A DNA stretch of 63,877 bases, counting the filler, from Lama guanicoe (taxonomy: Eukaryota): NCBI GenBank assembly GCA_013239625.1. It is 203 parts of 203 records of this genome, joined end to end, with 100 filler letters (N's around TTAATTAATTAA, not from the genome) between each part and the next. Parts side by side here need not be neighbours in the genome. Positions count along the whole stretch, not along the records: positions 49,138 to 49,352 come from PNXV01038431.1; positions 49,453 to 49,667 come from PNXV01038432.1; positions 49,768 to 49,982 come from PNXV01038433.1; positions 50,083 to 50,297 come from PNXV01038434.1; positions 50,398 to 50,612 come from PNXV01038435.1; positions 50,713 to 50,927 come from PNXV01038436.1; positions 51,028 to 51,242 come from PNXV01038437.1; positions 51,343 to 51,557 come from PNXV01038438.1; 195 more parts are not named here. One strand, 5' to 3'. The stretch's first letter is position 1. Each line of letters opens with the position of its first letter. A model generated the notes under the pieces. It had not been told where the DNA came from. It saw only the letters and a program-made list of their open reading frames with translations, and did no database searches. The position numbers and the translations under genes were made by a program. Below are positions 49,038 through 60,401 of the stretch, piece by piece.

Positions 49038-50397
49038 NNNNNNNNNNNNNNNNNNNNNNNNNNNNNNNNNNNNNNNNNNNNTTAATTAATTAANNNNNNN
49101 NNNNNNNNNNNNNNNNNNNNNNNNNNNNNNNNNNNNNACAATACAGATCAGAGCCCAAAGGCAGATTTGTCAAGACAAGAGACAGGAAAGAGTGGCTTCA
49201 AAGTGAAGCCCTAAAGATACCATTACTAATGAAAGGAAAGATCTACCCTTTGCTGAAGTAACGTATAGAAGGCTGAGTTTGGAGCAAGGTGACAATATCT
49301 TATTAACCAGCAGGGATGACTAGTTGTATGGTATGGAAGGAGAATATATGTANNNNNNNNNNNNNNNNNNNNNNNNNNNNNNNNNNNNNNNNNNNNTTAA
49401 TTAATTAANNNNNNNNNNNNNNNNNNNNNNNNNNNNNNNNNNNNNNNNNNNNTTGCCAGATGAAAGCCGAACGATACTGGACACTTTTATAAGGTCAGTG
49501 GGCAGTGTCAGATGTTGTTCATTAAACCTCTGTGTCTACCGTGGAATGGCCCTCTAGTCTGTCAAAGGACTTGGCAGCTCTGACTGCCCTGGGAATCTAA
49601 GTATCAATAATGTTGTTTAGAAACCAAAGGATTTTGGCCACCAAAAATGACATCTGGGGATAAAAGGNNNNNNNNNNNNNNNNNNNNNNNNNNNNNNNNN
49701 NNNNNNNNNNNTTAATTAATTAANNNNNNNNNNNNNNNNNNNNNNNNNNNNNNNNNNNNNNNNNNNNTTCATTTCCCACCAGAAAGCATCCACTGTGGAG
49801 ACCCTTAATCAGGTGAACCTAATTGTCTGCTGGCTGTTGGCTAGATCTGTCCTCAGCGTCTGCAAGGTTTGCACAATGAACTCTCAGATGAAACAGCCAT
49901 GGTTGCAAAGGTGGAGACTCTAAATGAGCCCGCGCTGGGACTCCGTATCAGCACTTTGCTGCTGTTGCATGCTGAGACCTGGNNNNNNNNNNNNNNNNNN
50001 NNNNNNNNNNNNNNNNNNNNNNNNNNTTAATTAATTAANNNNNNNNNNNNNNNNNNNNNNNNNNNNNNNNNNNNNNNNNNNNTTTTCAAATTACCGGGCA
50101 CTCTTGACAGGCCTCCCCCTCTGACACCCTATCTGGGGCATGCCGGGGAACTGGAGGGCAAGCCCAGGGAAGAGGAGAGGGGGCGCCCCTCCCTGGCAAC
50201 TTGGTCAGGAGCTTGAGCAAGTGTACCTTCCTGATCAGTCAGAATTTTGGAGCTGGAGCCAGGGTGAGCCTCACACGATTTAAACAGAGGCCTCCACNNN
50301 NNNNNNNNNNNNNNNNNNNNNNNNNNNNNNNNNNNNNNNNNTTAATTAATTAANNNNNNNNNNNNNNNNNNNNNNNNNNNNNNNNNNNNNNNNNNNN

Positions 50398-50612
50398 TAT
50401 GGCCATTTTAACAATATTAATTCCTCCAATCCAAGAACATGGGATAGCTTTTCATTTCTTTAAGTCATCTTTAATATCCTTAGTCAGTGTTTTGTAGTTA
50501 TCTGTGTATAAATCTCTCACTTCCTTGGTCATATTTACTCCTAACTATTTTATTTTTTTGGACGCAATTTTAAAAGAGATTGTTTCTTTACTTTCCTTTT
50601 CTGATATTTCAT
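50398..50612 (-). mobile_element. L1 ORF2 fragment
   Basis: atggccattttaacaatattaattcctccaatccaagaacatgggat (minus: IPCSWIGGINIVKMA). Confidence 0.92.
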
Positions 50613-51027
50613 NNNNNNNNNNNNNNNNNNNNNNNNNNNNNNNNNNNNNNNNNNNNTTAATTAATTAANNNNNNNNNNNNNNNNNNNNNNNNNNNNNNNN
50701 NNNNNNNNNNNNGACGCCACTGCTGCTTGAGAACGCCAGAATGAGGCAAAGAATTTCGGTGATAACTCAAGTCAGTCGTCTCGTACCATAAAGCTTATAT
50801 GCTTGCATCAGTTGGCTACTGCCTATATATTTTTATGGGATATTTGCAGTTTACTTCGCTGTTTTAAGTTCCCTGTCGTCCCAGTTTCATTGTAGCAAGC
50901 CTTTAAACCTACAATAAGCGTTATGTANNNNNNNNNNNNNNNNNNNNNNNNNNNNNNNNNNNNNNNNNNNNTTAATTAATTAANNNNNNNNNNNNNNNNN
51001 NNNNNNNNNNNNNNNNNNNNNNNNNNN

Positions 51028-51123
51028 TCACCAGCCTCTCCCTCTTCCCCCACCCCACAGCCCTGGGAGCCACTTTCCTACCCTCTTTTTGTTTGAGTTT
51101 GACTTTTTCATAGATGCAATATC
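51028..51123 (-). mobile_element. L1 3' UTR fragment
   Basis: cccacagccctgggagccactttcctaccctc...gagtttgactttt. Confidence 0.6.
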
Positions 51124-51657
51124 TGAGACAGTTCAGAAAACTTCCCCCAATTGCAAGTTCTTCCTGAGAGTCATCACTCCATTTTTCTGTCCCTGTCATA
51201 GAAAAATACTCCCGGCCAACAGTGGATCAGTTGTAGCAGGCANNNNNNNNNNNNNNNNNNNNNNNNNNNNNNNNNNNNNNNNNNNNTTAATTAATTAANN
51301 NNNNNNNNNNNNNNNNNNNNNNNNNNNNNNNNNNNNNNNNNNATGCCCTCTAGCTATAAAATGGTCATGGTTATTGAATGTGAAATTGGGAAACATTATT
51401 CCTTTACCAGAATTCCACACTAACTGGCAATTCATCAGTTTCACGCTGCTCCTTTCAGTAAACTTGGGTTTATATATTTTATTTAACACCACTTTTTTGG
51501 TACCCCAAGATCCAAATGAAACAAGAATTATAAAAAGTAGTGGGGAAAGGATAGCTTNNNNNNNNNNNNNNNNNNNNNNNNNNNNNNNNNNNNNNNNNNN
51601 NTTAATTAATTAANNNNNNNNNNNNNNNNNNNNNNNNNNNNNNNNNNNNNNNNNNNN

Positions 51658-51872
51658 AACTAGAGAAAGAAGAACAAATAAAATACAAAGTTACTAGAAG
51701 GAAACAAATCATAAAATCAGAGCAGAAATAAATGAAATAGAGACTTAAAAAACAACAAAAAAGATCAATGAAACTAGGAGCTAGTTCTTTGAAAAGATAA
51801 ACAAAATTGATAAACCTTTAGCTAGACTCATCAAGAAAAAAAGGGAGAGGGCTCAAATCAATAAAATCAGAA
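51658..51872 (+). mobile_element. L1 ORF2 fragment (post-endonuclease)
   Basis: aactagagaaagaagaacaaa...cagagcagaaataaatgaaatagag...gttctttgaaaagataaacaaaattgataaacctttagctagac. Confidence 0.93.
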
Positions 51873-51972
51873 NNNNNNNNNNNNNNNNNNNNNNNNNNNN
51901 NNNNNNNNNNNNNNNNTTAATTAATTAANNNNNNNNNNNNNNNNNNNNNNNNNNNNNNNNNNNNNNNNNNNN

Positions 51973-52188
51973 AGTTAATCTCAAACTGTATAAACCCAAG
52001 AAAGTCCAAAGACACATCATAACCAGATTTCTAAAAACTAAAGACAAAAAGAAGAAAAAGAAGAAGACAAAGAAGGAGTAAGAAAATAAAATTTGAAACC
52101 AGCAAGAGAGAAATAATACCTTATCTGTATGGGAGACCAATTTTAATGACAGCCTTTTTTTTTTTTTTTTAATCAGAAACCATACAAG
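51973..52188 (+). mobile_element. Old L1 ORF1 fragment with GAA-rich expansion
   Basis: ataaacccaagaaag...agacacatcataac...ctaaaaactaaagacaaa...gcaagagagaaa. Confidence 0.65.
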
Positions 52189-53551
52189 NNNNNNNNNNNN
52201 NNNNNNNNNNNNNNNNNNNNNNNNNNNNNNNNTTAATTAATTAANNNNNNNNNNNNNNNNNNNNNNNNNNNNNNNNNNNNNNNNNNNNTGATTCCAAGGA
52301 GAGCATCTTGAACGCTTTGGGGGAACAGGACAAGGCACAGCATTGCGAGTGTTGTTAAAGAAGGTGCAGTGACCGAGACCGGGGTTAGAGGAGTGGAGAG
52401 GAAGCGGTGGGCGTAATCCACAAAAATCTAGAATTCTGCACTTATATTTTTTTTGCACGGGGCTTGGAGTGCTTGCTCCATTGTAAAGAAACCCAAACTA
52501 GGCTNNNNNNNNNNNNNNNNNNNNNNNNNNNNNNNNNNNNNNNNNNNNTTAATTAATTAANNNNNNNNNNNNNNNNNNNNNNNNNNNNNNNNNNNNNNNN
52601 NNNNGCCTGCGTTGTGTCCTTTCCCAGATGGGATGTATGTCGCAGTCCCTGCCAGGTTCGTGGGAGAGCTGGAGTCCGTCTCTCGCTGGCTTTGGGTCCT
52701 AGAGGCACTGAGTGCATTCTCATGTCTGCGCATTTGTGATCTTCCTCTCTCGAGGGTCCTTTCCTGAACGTGGAATTCAGGGAAGACGCAGGAGCCCAGG
52801 GAGGGACGGGCCCTCAGGGCNNNNNNNNNNNNNNNNNNNNNNNNNNNNNNNNNNNNNNNNNNNNTTAATTAATTAANNNNNNNNNNNNNNNNNNNNNNNN
52901 NNNNNNNNNNNNNNNNNNNNCGGACAGAATGAACTGGATCATGAAATGTATCTTTTCATGTTTGAGAACCATGAGAGAAGTTGTAGTGATAAAGCACGAG
53001 GAAGTGGGGCACTGGGTAGGTTAGAGACCAACAGTAAAATGCCTAGGGTACTTAAAGGCTAAGGGTCCCCTACACAGCATATAAACAGACTTCTGCCATC
53101 AGAAGACAGAAGAAGCTTGGGGTGTGGCCCCATATNNNNNNNNNNNNNNNNNNNNNNNNNNNNNNNNNNNNNNNNNNNNTTAATTAATTAANNNNNNNNN
53201 NNNNNNNNNNNNNNNNNNNNNNNNNNNNNNNNNNNGTGGAAACTCCTAGAGCTGAGAGAGATCAACTTATCCTAATGTAAGGAAACTCACTTGTTCGGTC
53301 AGGCTAAAGGTGGCCGGGAGTTGCTGAACAAACAATGGGCCACCTGCTTGGTATAGGAGGAAGAGAAAGCAATCAGCCTCCAGTGGTGTGATGTGGGCAT
53401 GGAGTGAGAGTCCAGGGGAGCGCAGAAAGCCTTCAGAGCATGAAGTTGTGCNNNNNNNNNNNNNNNNNNNNNNNNNNNNNNNNNNNNNNNNNNNNTTAAT
53501 TAATTAANNNNNNNNNNNNNNNNNNNNNNNNNNNNNNNNNNNNNNNNNNNN

Positions 53552-53766
53552 AGCATTTTCTCTAAGATCAGGAAGACAACAAGAATGCCTACTCTTGTCA
53601 GTTTTATTCAACATAGTAGTGAGAGTCCTAACCAGAGCAATTAGGCAACATAAAGAAATTAAAGTCACCCAGATTGGAAAGAAAGACATAAAATTGTCAC
53701 TATCTGCAGATGACATAATATTTTATAAAGAAAACCCTAAAGAGGCCACCAAAAATTCTTATATTT
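53552..53766 (+). mobile_element. L1 ORF2 reverse-transcriptase fragment, inactivated
   Basis: LFNIVVRVLTRAIRQHKEIKVTQIGKKDIKLSLSADDIIFYKENPK; FADD motif changed to SADD and QGCPLSP motif degraded. Confidence 0.92.
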
Positions 53767-56393
53767 NNNNNNNNNNNNNNNNNNNNNNNNNNNNNNNNNN
53801 NNNNNNNNNNTTAATTAATTAANNNNNNNNNNNNNNNNNNNNNNNNNNNNNNNNNNNNNNNNNNNNGCCATGAAATAAATAAATAAATTATACATAAATA
53901 AATAAATACAGAATTCTCTCTCCCCACCCCGAAAAAGAAAAAAAAAAAACTCATGTTGATGAAAGGTATTTTAGTATATTTTTCTCTTTTTGGATCGTAC
54001 TATTCAGCTAGTCCATGTTTATTCGATCGTGTGGACAACCAGCAAACTAAATTTCAAAGGCACATCCTAAAAATTTAAATCANNNNNNNNNNNNNNNNNN
54101 NNNNNNNNNNNNNNNNNNNNNNNNNNTTAATTAATTAANNNNNNNNNNNNNNNNNNNNNNNNNNNNNNNNNNNNNNNNNNNNCACATTGTCTGGCTCTAC
54201 AACTTGAGCTCCGGAAGAGACCCAAGGAGCAAACCTGAAGCAGGAACACAGTCAGGAAGGCAGCATGGTGGAGGGTGAGGGCATCTCGGGAGGCGTAGGC
54301 TAGGTTAACAGGGCTTGCTGATGGGCTGCCCGCCGGGGAGTGAGCAACACAAAGGGAAGAATCAAGGACACCTAGAGTTTTATCCCGAGCCACTGGCTNN
54401 NNNNNNNNNNNNNNNNNNNNNNNNNNNNNNNNNNNNNNNNNNTTAATTAATTAANNNNNNNNNNNNNNNNNNNNNNNNNNNNNNNNNNNNNNNNNNNNAG
54501 GAGCCATTTAACATGATCTTCCACAACCCCACATTCTTTCCTGCTGAGTAGGAAGCGAGGCAGAGTTAATTTCTCAAGGACAATATGCTGGCACTTGTGC
54601 CATGGCAGCTTATTACATAAACATGATATCCAGACACAGCAGATAGGAGCCACTGTACTCCACGAGGTCACAGAAAAGAAAGAGCAAAGCATGTTGTGCA
54701 CCAGAAATGGGGGGNNNNNNNNNNNNNNNNNNNNNNNNNNNNNNNNNNNNNNNNNNNNTTAATTAATTAANNNNNNNNNNNNNNNNNNNNNNNNNNNNNN
54801 NNNNNNNNNNNNNNGAAAGAACAGTGGTCCCCATACCCATCTGCATCTTTCATGGTGCCTTAGCCTCCTGGCTTCCTTCCGCCAGCGATGCCAACCCCAT
54901 GGTGAGGCTGGCCACCAGCAGCCTTCTGGATAACAGATTCAGGGCTGGCCCCAGCCTTAAACTGAGCACCCGGAGGTGCACGCAGAATTCAGCAGCCATC
55001 TGGTCCAAGCTCTGGCTAAAAAGAAAGCAGNNNNNNNNNNNNNNNNNNNNNNNNNNNNNNNNNNNNNNNNNNNNTTAATTAATTAANNNNNNNNNNNNNN
55101 NNNNNNNNNNNNNNNNNNNNNNNNNNNNNNCGGAGGCTGCGTTCTCTGGACTGCAGACCACATGTAGGCAGAAAGAACCAATCAACGCACCAGAAGCCAA
55201 TCCTAATGACAAGTGCGAATCCGGCACCCTTGGTCTCCTCGGCTCTACGCTACTAAGGGGCTGGTTTTCAGGTGCAAGTGGGGATGAAACTTGGTCGGCC
55301 AGTTCCTCACAGACACACCTGTGCACACAGATACAGTTGACGCTCANNNNNNNNNNNNNNNNNNNNNNNNNNNNNNNNNNNNNNNNNNNNTTAATTAATT
55401 AANNNNNNNNNNNNNNNNNNNNNNNNNNNNNNNNNNNNNNNNNNNNTTCCTACCTTCTCTGTATTAGAAAACCCTTGCAACAAATAAAGGTTTCAAAAAT
55501 ACCAATGTGCTCTTTTATCTTGGTATTTCCTTATACATGATTTTTCTCCTTGTCGTGCTATGGTTTGTATCTACTTCAAGGCCAAGGGATAAGGACATGC
55601 CAAGAGAGAAGGACAGAAGGAACAGTGTGATTACAAACAGTTAAGGTTTGGCATCTGCCATCNNNNNNNNNNNNNNNNNNNNNNNNNNNNNNNNNNNNNN
55701 NNNNNNTTAATTAATTAANNNNNNNNNNNNNNNNNNNNNNNNNNNNNNNNNNNNNNNNNNNNAACACCCCAAATTCCATGTAGAAAAATTTCCCTGTATG
55801 CTGAACTCTGAGTGTGCAGTTCAGACTTATAAGCAGACCAGCTAAGTCCAAAAGAACTAATACAGTATTTAAGCTGCCACCCATCCCAGGGGTACCAAAA
55901 TTTGCAATTTTAGTTCAACCCCATTAAGTGCTTGTTTAAAAAATAATAACACTCTTTGGAGAAACATAAGCAAATCANNNNNNNNNNNNNNNNNNNNNNN
56001 NNNNNNNNNNNNNNNNNNNNNTTAATTAATTAANNNNNNNNNNNNNNNNNNNNNNNNNNNNNNNNNNNNNNNNNNNNCCCTGCATAATTCTGTGGAAACA
56101 GGAAAGAATACTATGCCTACTGCCAATGGAAGGTGCAGTCCCCAGGCTGAGGGCACCGATGAATGAAAAGGAGCATCCTTATCTCTGGAAAGGTCAAGCC
56201 AACCTCAACTTCTCTTGACAACAAATCACCACTTCCTAGAACAATTATGTTTCTTTGATGTTCATACCTTCCTCTACATCCCCATTATTTTTTNNNNNNN
56301 NNNNNNNNNNNNNNNNNNNNNNNNNNNNNNNNNNNNNTTAATTAATTAANNNNNNNNNNNNNNNNNNNNNNNNNNNNNNNNNNNNNNNNNNNN

Positions 56394-56545
56394 ATGTCCC
56401 ACCCGAGAGAGAAGAAAACAGAGCTGAGAAATAGAAAGAAACGGTTCTCTATCAAGGTCACTTAAATTCCCAGACGCAGGCATTTCTGAATCCATCGTGA
56501 CAATCCTGGACTTTCTTAATTTTAAAATAAAAGTTCATTTTCCTT
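56394..56545 (+). mobile_element. Old MaLR LTR (MLT1J/K-like)
   Basis: cagagctgagaaatagaaagaaac...ctgaatcc...cctggactttc...aataaa. Confidence 0.5.
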
Positions 56546-57148
56546 TACATTCTCTACCACTTTTAAAAGCACACAAAAAAATTCAAAATTCCAAATAACA
56601 CAATTAACTNNNNNNNNNNNNNNNNNNNNNNNNNNNNNNNNNNNNNNNNNNNNTTAATTAATTAANNNNNNNNNNNNNNNNNNNNNNNNNNNNNNNNNNN
56701 NNNNNNNNNTTTTCTCTAAGCCACTTTATGTGCTGCCCTAAGGACATAGAGGTCAATGCGACAAATCCAACCCTATTTTCTTGCATCATTGGTTTGTATA
56801 GAGAAATCATCCAAAAAAAATAACAATCATAATTAATATTAATTATAAAAATGTTATACTGAGAAGAAGTGGAATAAAAAGGTATTTCTCAGCAGAAGCT
56901 GGAGCAAGGAAAGTCAAGAAATAAANNNNNNNNNNNNNNNNNNNNNNNNNNNNNNNNNNNNNNNNNNNNTTAATTAATTAANNNNNNNNNNNNNNNNNNN
57001 NNNNNNNNNNNNNNNNNNNNNNNNNTTCCTATCACTCTAGTCTTCTTTCTTTTCTAAACTTCATTAAGGACAATCTATTTCCAGGGTTTCTTTTTTTATC
57101 ATTTTCAAAACCAAAAATGGAAAACAAAATTGTTCTGATCTCCAGTTT

Positions 57149-57212
57149 TAAATGTAAGAGAAATCTCTAGCTGCTTTAAATAAATGTAAGAGAAATCTCT
57201 AGCTGCTTTAAA
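57149..57212 (+). repeat. Perfect 32-bp tandem duplication
   Basis: taaatgtaagagaaatctctagctgctttaaa at 57149-57180 and 57181-57212. Confidence 0.95.
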
Positions 57213-57990
57213 GTCCCATAGGAGAGGGAGGGTGCTGGCCANNNNNNNNNNNNNNNNNNNNNNNNNNNNNNNNNNNNNNNNNNNNTTAATTAATTAANNN
57301 NNNNNNNNNNNNNNNNNNNNNNNNNNNNNNNNNNNNNNNNNAAAGAATTATTTCCTATGACAAGACATTGGAATCACAAGGGATTGGATAGTAAGAAGTA
57401 AACATTTTGTAGCGTTAAAGGGAAGGGACAAACTGCAGAATTTAAGATTTTACATTCTAAAGACTACTTTTTTTGTTGTCACAGAGATGACAAACATGAT
57501 CCTATAACTATGGCCCTGGCCAAACCATGCAATTTTTATGCAGGTCCCCCGTTTTTCNNNNNNNNNNNNNNNNNNNNNNNNNNNNNNNNNNNNNNNNNNN
57601 NTTAATTAATTAANNNNNNNNNNNNNNNNNNNNNNNNNNNNNNNNNNNNNNNNNNNNAAGTTCAGATTCGGCTAAATTTTATTCGCTTTTTAAGTCGATA
57701 TTTCAACCTCGTGTAAACTTTTCTAGGCGCAGGAACAAGATGGAAAGCCTCCTTTAATGTATGAAAACACAGCTTTCATAAAGGTAGCTTGGGGAAATGA
57801 CGCCATTCCACGTGTGTCCAGAGATGCAAACATTCTGGATAAAATAGTTGCCAAAATGTTCTGCCGACGTATCNNNNNNNNNNNNNNNNNNNNNNNNNNN
57901 NNNNNNNNNNNNNNNNNTTAATTAATTAANNNNNNNNNNNNNNNNNNNNNNNNNNNNNNNNNNNNNNNNNNNNCAATAATATAAATTATT

Positions 57991-58135
57991 CTGTCCAATA
58001 AAATCTCTACTAGTCACATTTAGTCGGGATTAAGTAAAATTTAAAAATCAGTTCTCATTCCCACCAGCCATACTCCCAAGTGTTCAATAACCATATGTGG
58101 TTGGTGTTGAGAAGCTCAGTTTAAGAACATTTTCA
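57991..58135. mobile_element. MER3-like hAT fossil
   Basis: ctgtccaata...actagtcacat...aaaaatcagttc...caagtgttcaataaccatatgtgg...agaacattt. Confidence 0.65.
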
Positions 58136-59020
58136 CAAATCAATGCACAATGGATTCTCTAGAAGAAAGGTAGACTACTGATTGGAAGANNNNNNNNNNN
58201 NNNNNNNNNNNNNNNNNNNNNNNNNNNNNNNNNTTAATTAATTAANNNNNNNNNNNNNNNNNNNNNNNNNNNNNNNNNNNNNNNNNNNNTACGCTGGGGC
58301 CTGCAACGCACTCGGTTCTCAAACGGGCTCCTTGTTAGACAGGCTCTTCTGCCATCTCCTCATAAGGACGTTTAACAGGTATTTATTTATCTCCTGGCAT
58401 TTGTCAAGTGCTGTGCTGGGGTGAGGACATGGACCCACCAAGCCAGGGAAAGAAGTAGATAAAAGAATGCTAGTGATTACACCTGAACTGGTTTTCACAT
58501 TGACANNNNNNNNNNNNNNNNNNNNNNNNNNNNNNNNNNNNNNNNNNNNTTAATTAATTAANNNNNNNNNNNNNNNNNNNNNNNNNNNNNNNNNNNNNNN
58601 NNNNNACCCCACGACCTTATGGGCAGGGAACGGTACATGAGAAGAATACTGAATCTGGAGTTCACTGAGTTTGAATTAAAAATCTGTTATTGACATATTT
58701 CCACTTCCTTGGCCTCCAATTTCCATGCTTAACCCCCGACCTATTACCCCGTGTTCTCTGAGGACCATCTGGGTGTACTCACCTCAGGGAGTTCTCTGCT
58801 ATTCTCAAGTCCACTTGCCCTNNNNNNNNNNNNNNNNNNNNNNNNNNNNNNNNNNNNNNNNNNNNTTAATTAATTAANNNNNNNNNNNNNNNNNNNNNNN
58901 NNNNNNNNNNNNNNNNNNNNNGACGTGCCCCTCCACCACCTCTCCATCCCAGGTGAGGCCCCTGCGTTCCTGGCGGGAGACAGGCCTGGGTGTAGGGACA
59001 CCAGATGGGACACGCGTGGC

Positions 59021-59086
59021 CACGTATACATGTACACACATGTGCACACACACACGCGTGCGTACATGCACTCACATGCACACACC
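59021..59086. repeat. Alternating purine-pyrimidine (CA/TG/CG/TA) tract
   Basis: Strict YR alternation 59021-59071. Confidence 0.85.
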
Positions 59087-59579
59087 CGAGTGCCTTCCCT
59101 TCTCTGTCCACTTCCTTCCCGGGAAGCACATGGCACANNNNNNNNNNNNNNNNNNNNNNNNNNNNNNNNNNNNNNNNNNNNTTAATTAATTAANNNNNNN
59201 NNNNNNNNNNNNNNNNNNNNNNNNNNNNNNNNNNNNNGATGAGCCTCACCCTAAGTGTACTTCGCATCTTGAGATAATAATGGTAGCAGTTCATAGCTGT
59301 AATTTATAAATAAGCTAAAATGCATGTATTCAGGGGTGAATGCTAACAATAACCTTGCTTTAGGGATGGGAGAGCGAGAAACTTCGGAGGCCACTGCTCT
59401 AGCTCCAAACTCCCCACACATTTTTTTCTTTATTTGAGCCCTTTTCCTGATTTNNNNNNNNNNNNNNNNNNNNNNNNNNNNNNNNNNNNNNNNNNNNTTA
59501 ATTAATTAANNNNNNNNNNNNNNNNNNNNNNNNNNNNNNNNNNNNNNNNNNNNCCAGGAGAAGTCCTATTAAACTTCCA

Positions 59580-59760
59580 AGAGATGACATTGAGAGGCAA
59601 TGGGTATTTGAGTCTGGAATACAGGAGATACAGGAGGGAGGTCTGGGTTGGAAATAGCAGTTTGGAAGTTGTCAACTCATTGAGAATACATAAAGCCCTA
59701 AGGCTGATGGGGGCGGCAGGAGAAAGTAGTAGAGGCTGGAAGACTGAGCCTCAGGGGTGC
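59580..59760 (-). mobile_element. L2 fragment
   Basis: gagaggcaatggg...gagtctggaa...gaggtctgggttggaaatag...tttggaagttgtca...aagactgagcc. Confidence 0.7.
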
Positions 59761-60194
59761 TGTGTGCCANNNNNNNNNNNNNNNNNNNNNNNNNNNNNNN
59801 NNNNNNNNNNNNNTTAATTAATTAANNNNNNNNNNNNNNNNNNNNNNNNNNNNNNNNNNNNNNNNNNNNTTTTGTTGCATTACATTTAAACACAATTAAA
59901 TGTAATACATCTAATAAGCCAGTATAGTGCCTAATATAGTAATAATGTTTCTGGAGTTAAAAAAGAAAGGAAAGGAGTTAATATGGTGCAGTGGAAGAGT
60001 TAATATATATTTTGGAACAGCAAAGAATTGAATTTTCATCTTTGATTTTGTATTTACTGGTCAGAGTCCTAGAGCAGGTAGTGACNNNNNNNNNNNNNNN
60101 NNNNNNNNNNNNNNNNNNNNNNNNNNNNNTTAATTAATTAANNNNNNNNNNNNNNNNNNNNNNNNNNNNNNNNNNNNNNNNNNNNTCAGTAGGA

Positions 60195-60401
60195 AAAAAC
60201 AGAAACAGACTCACAGGTACAGAGAACAAACTAGCGGTTACCAGCAGGAGGAGCAAGACAGTTGTAGGGGATAAGCAGGTACAAACTACTACATTTAAAA
60301 TACATAAGATAATGTACAACACAGGGAAAATAGCCAATATTTTATAATAACCTTCAATGGAATATAATATAAACTTTTGTATCACCATATTGTGAAACTT
60401 A
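60195..60401 (+). mobile_element. L1 3' UTR
   Basis: aaacagaaacagactcacag...gagaacaaactagcggttaccag...aacacagggaaaatagccaatattttataataac. Confidence 0.88.

Noticed and set aside
53552..53766. Novel or active reverse transcriptase
   Set aside because: Ordinary L1 ORF2 with degraded QGCPLSP and FADD changed to SADD
54815..55030. Exon candidate (open plus frame; acceptor- and donor-like sites on minus)
   Set aside because: Minus-strand candidate has stops in all frames and the plus-strand peptide is unrecognisable
58866..59193. Six overlapping ORFs on both strands
   Set aside because: Caused by stop-poor CA/TG low-complexity sequence plus N read-through
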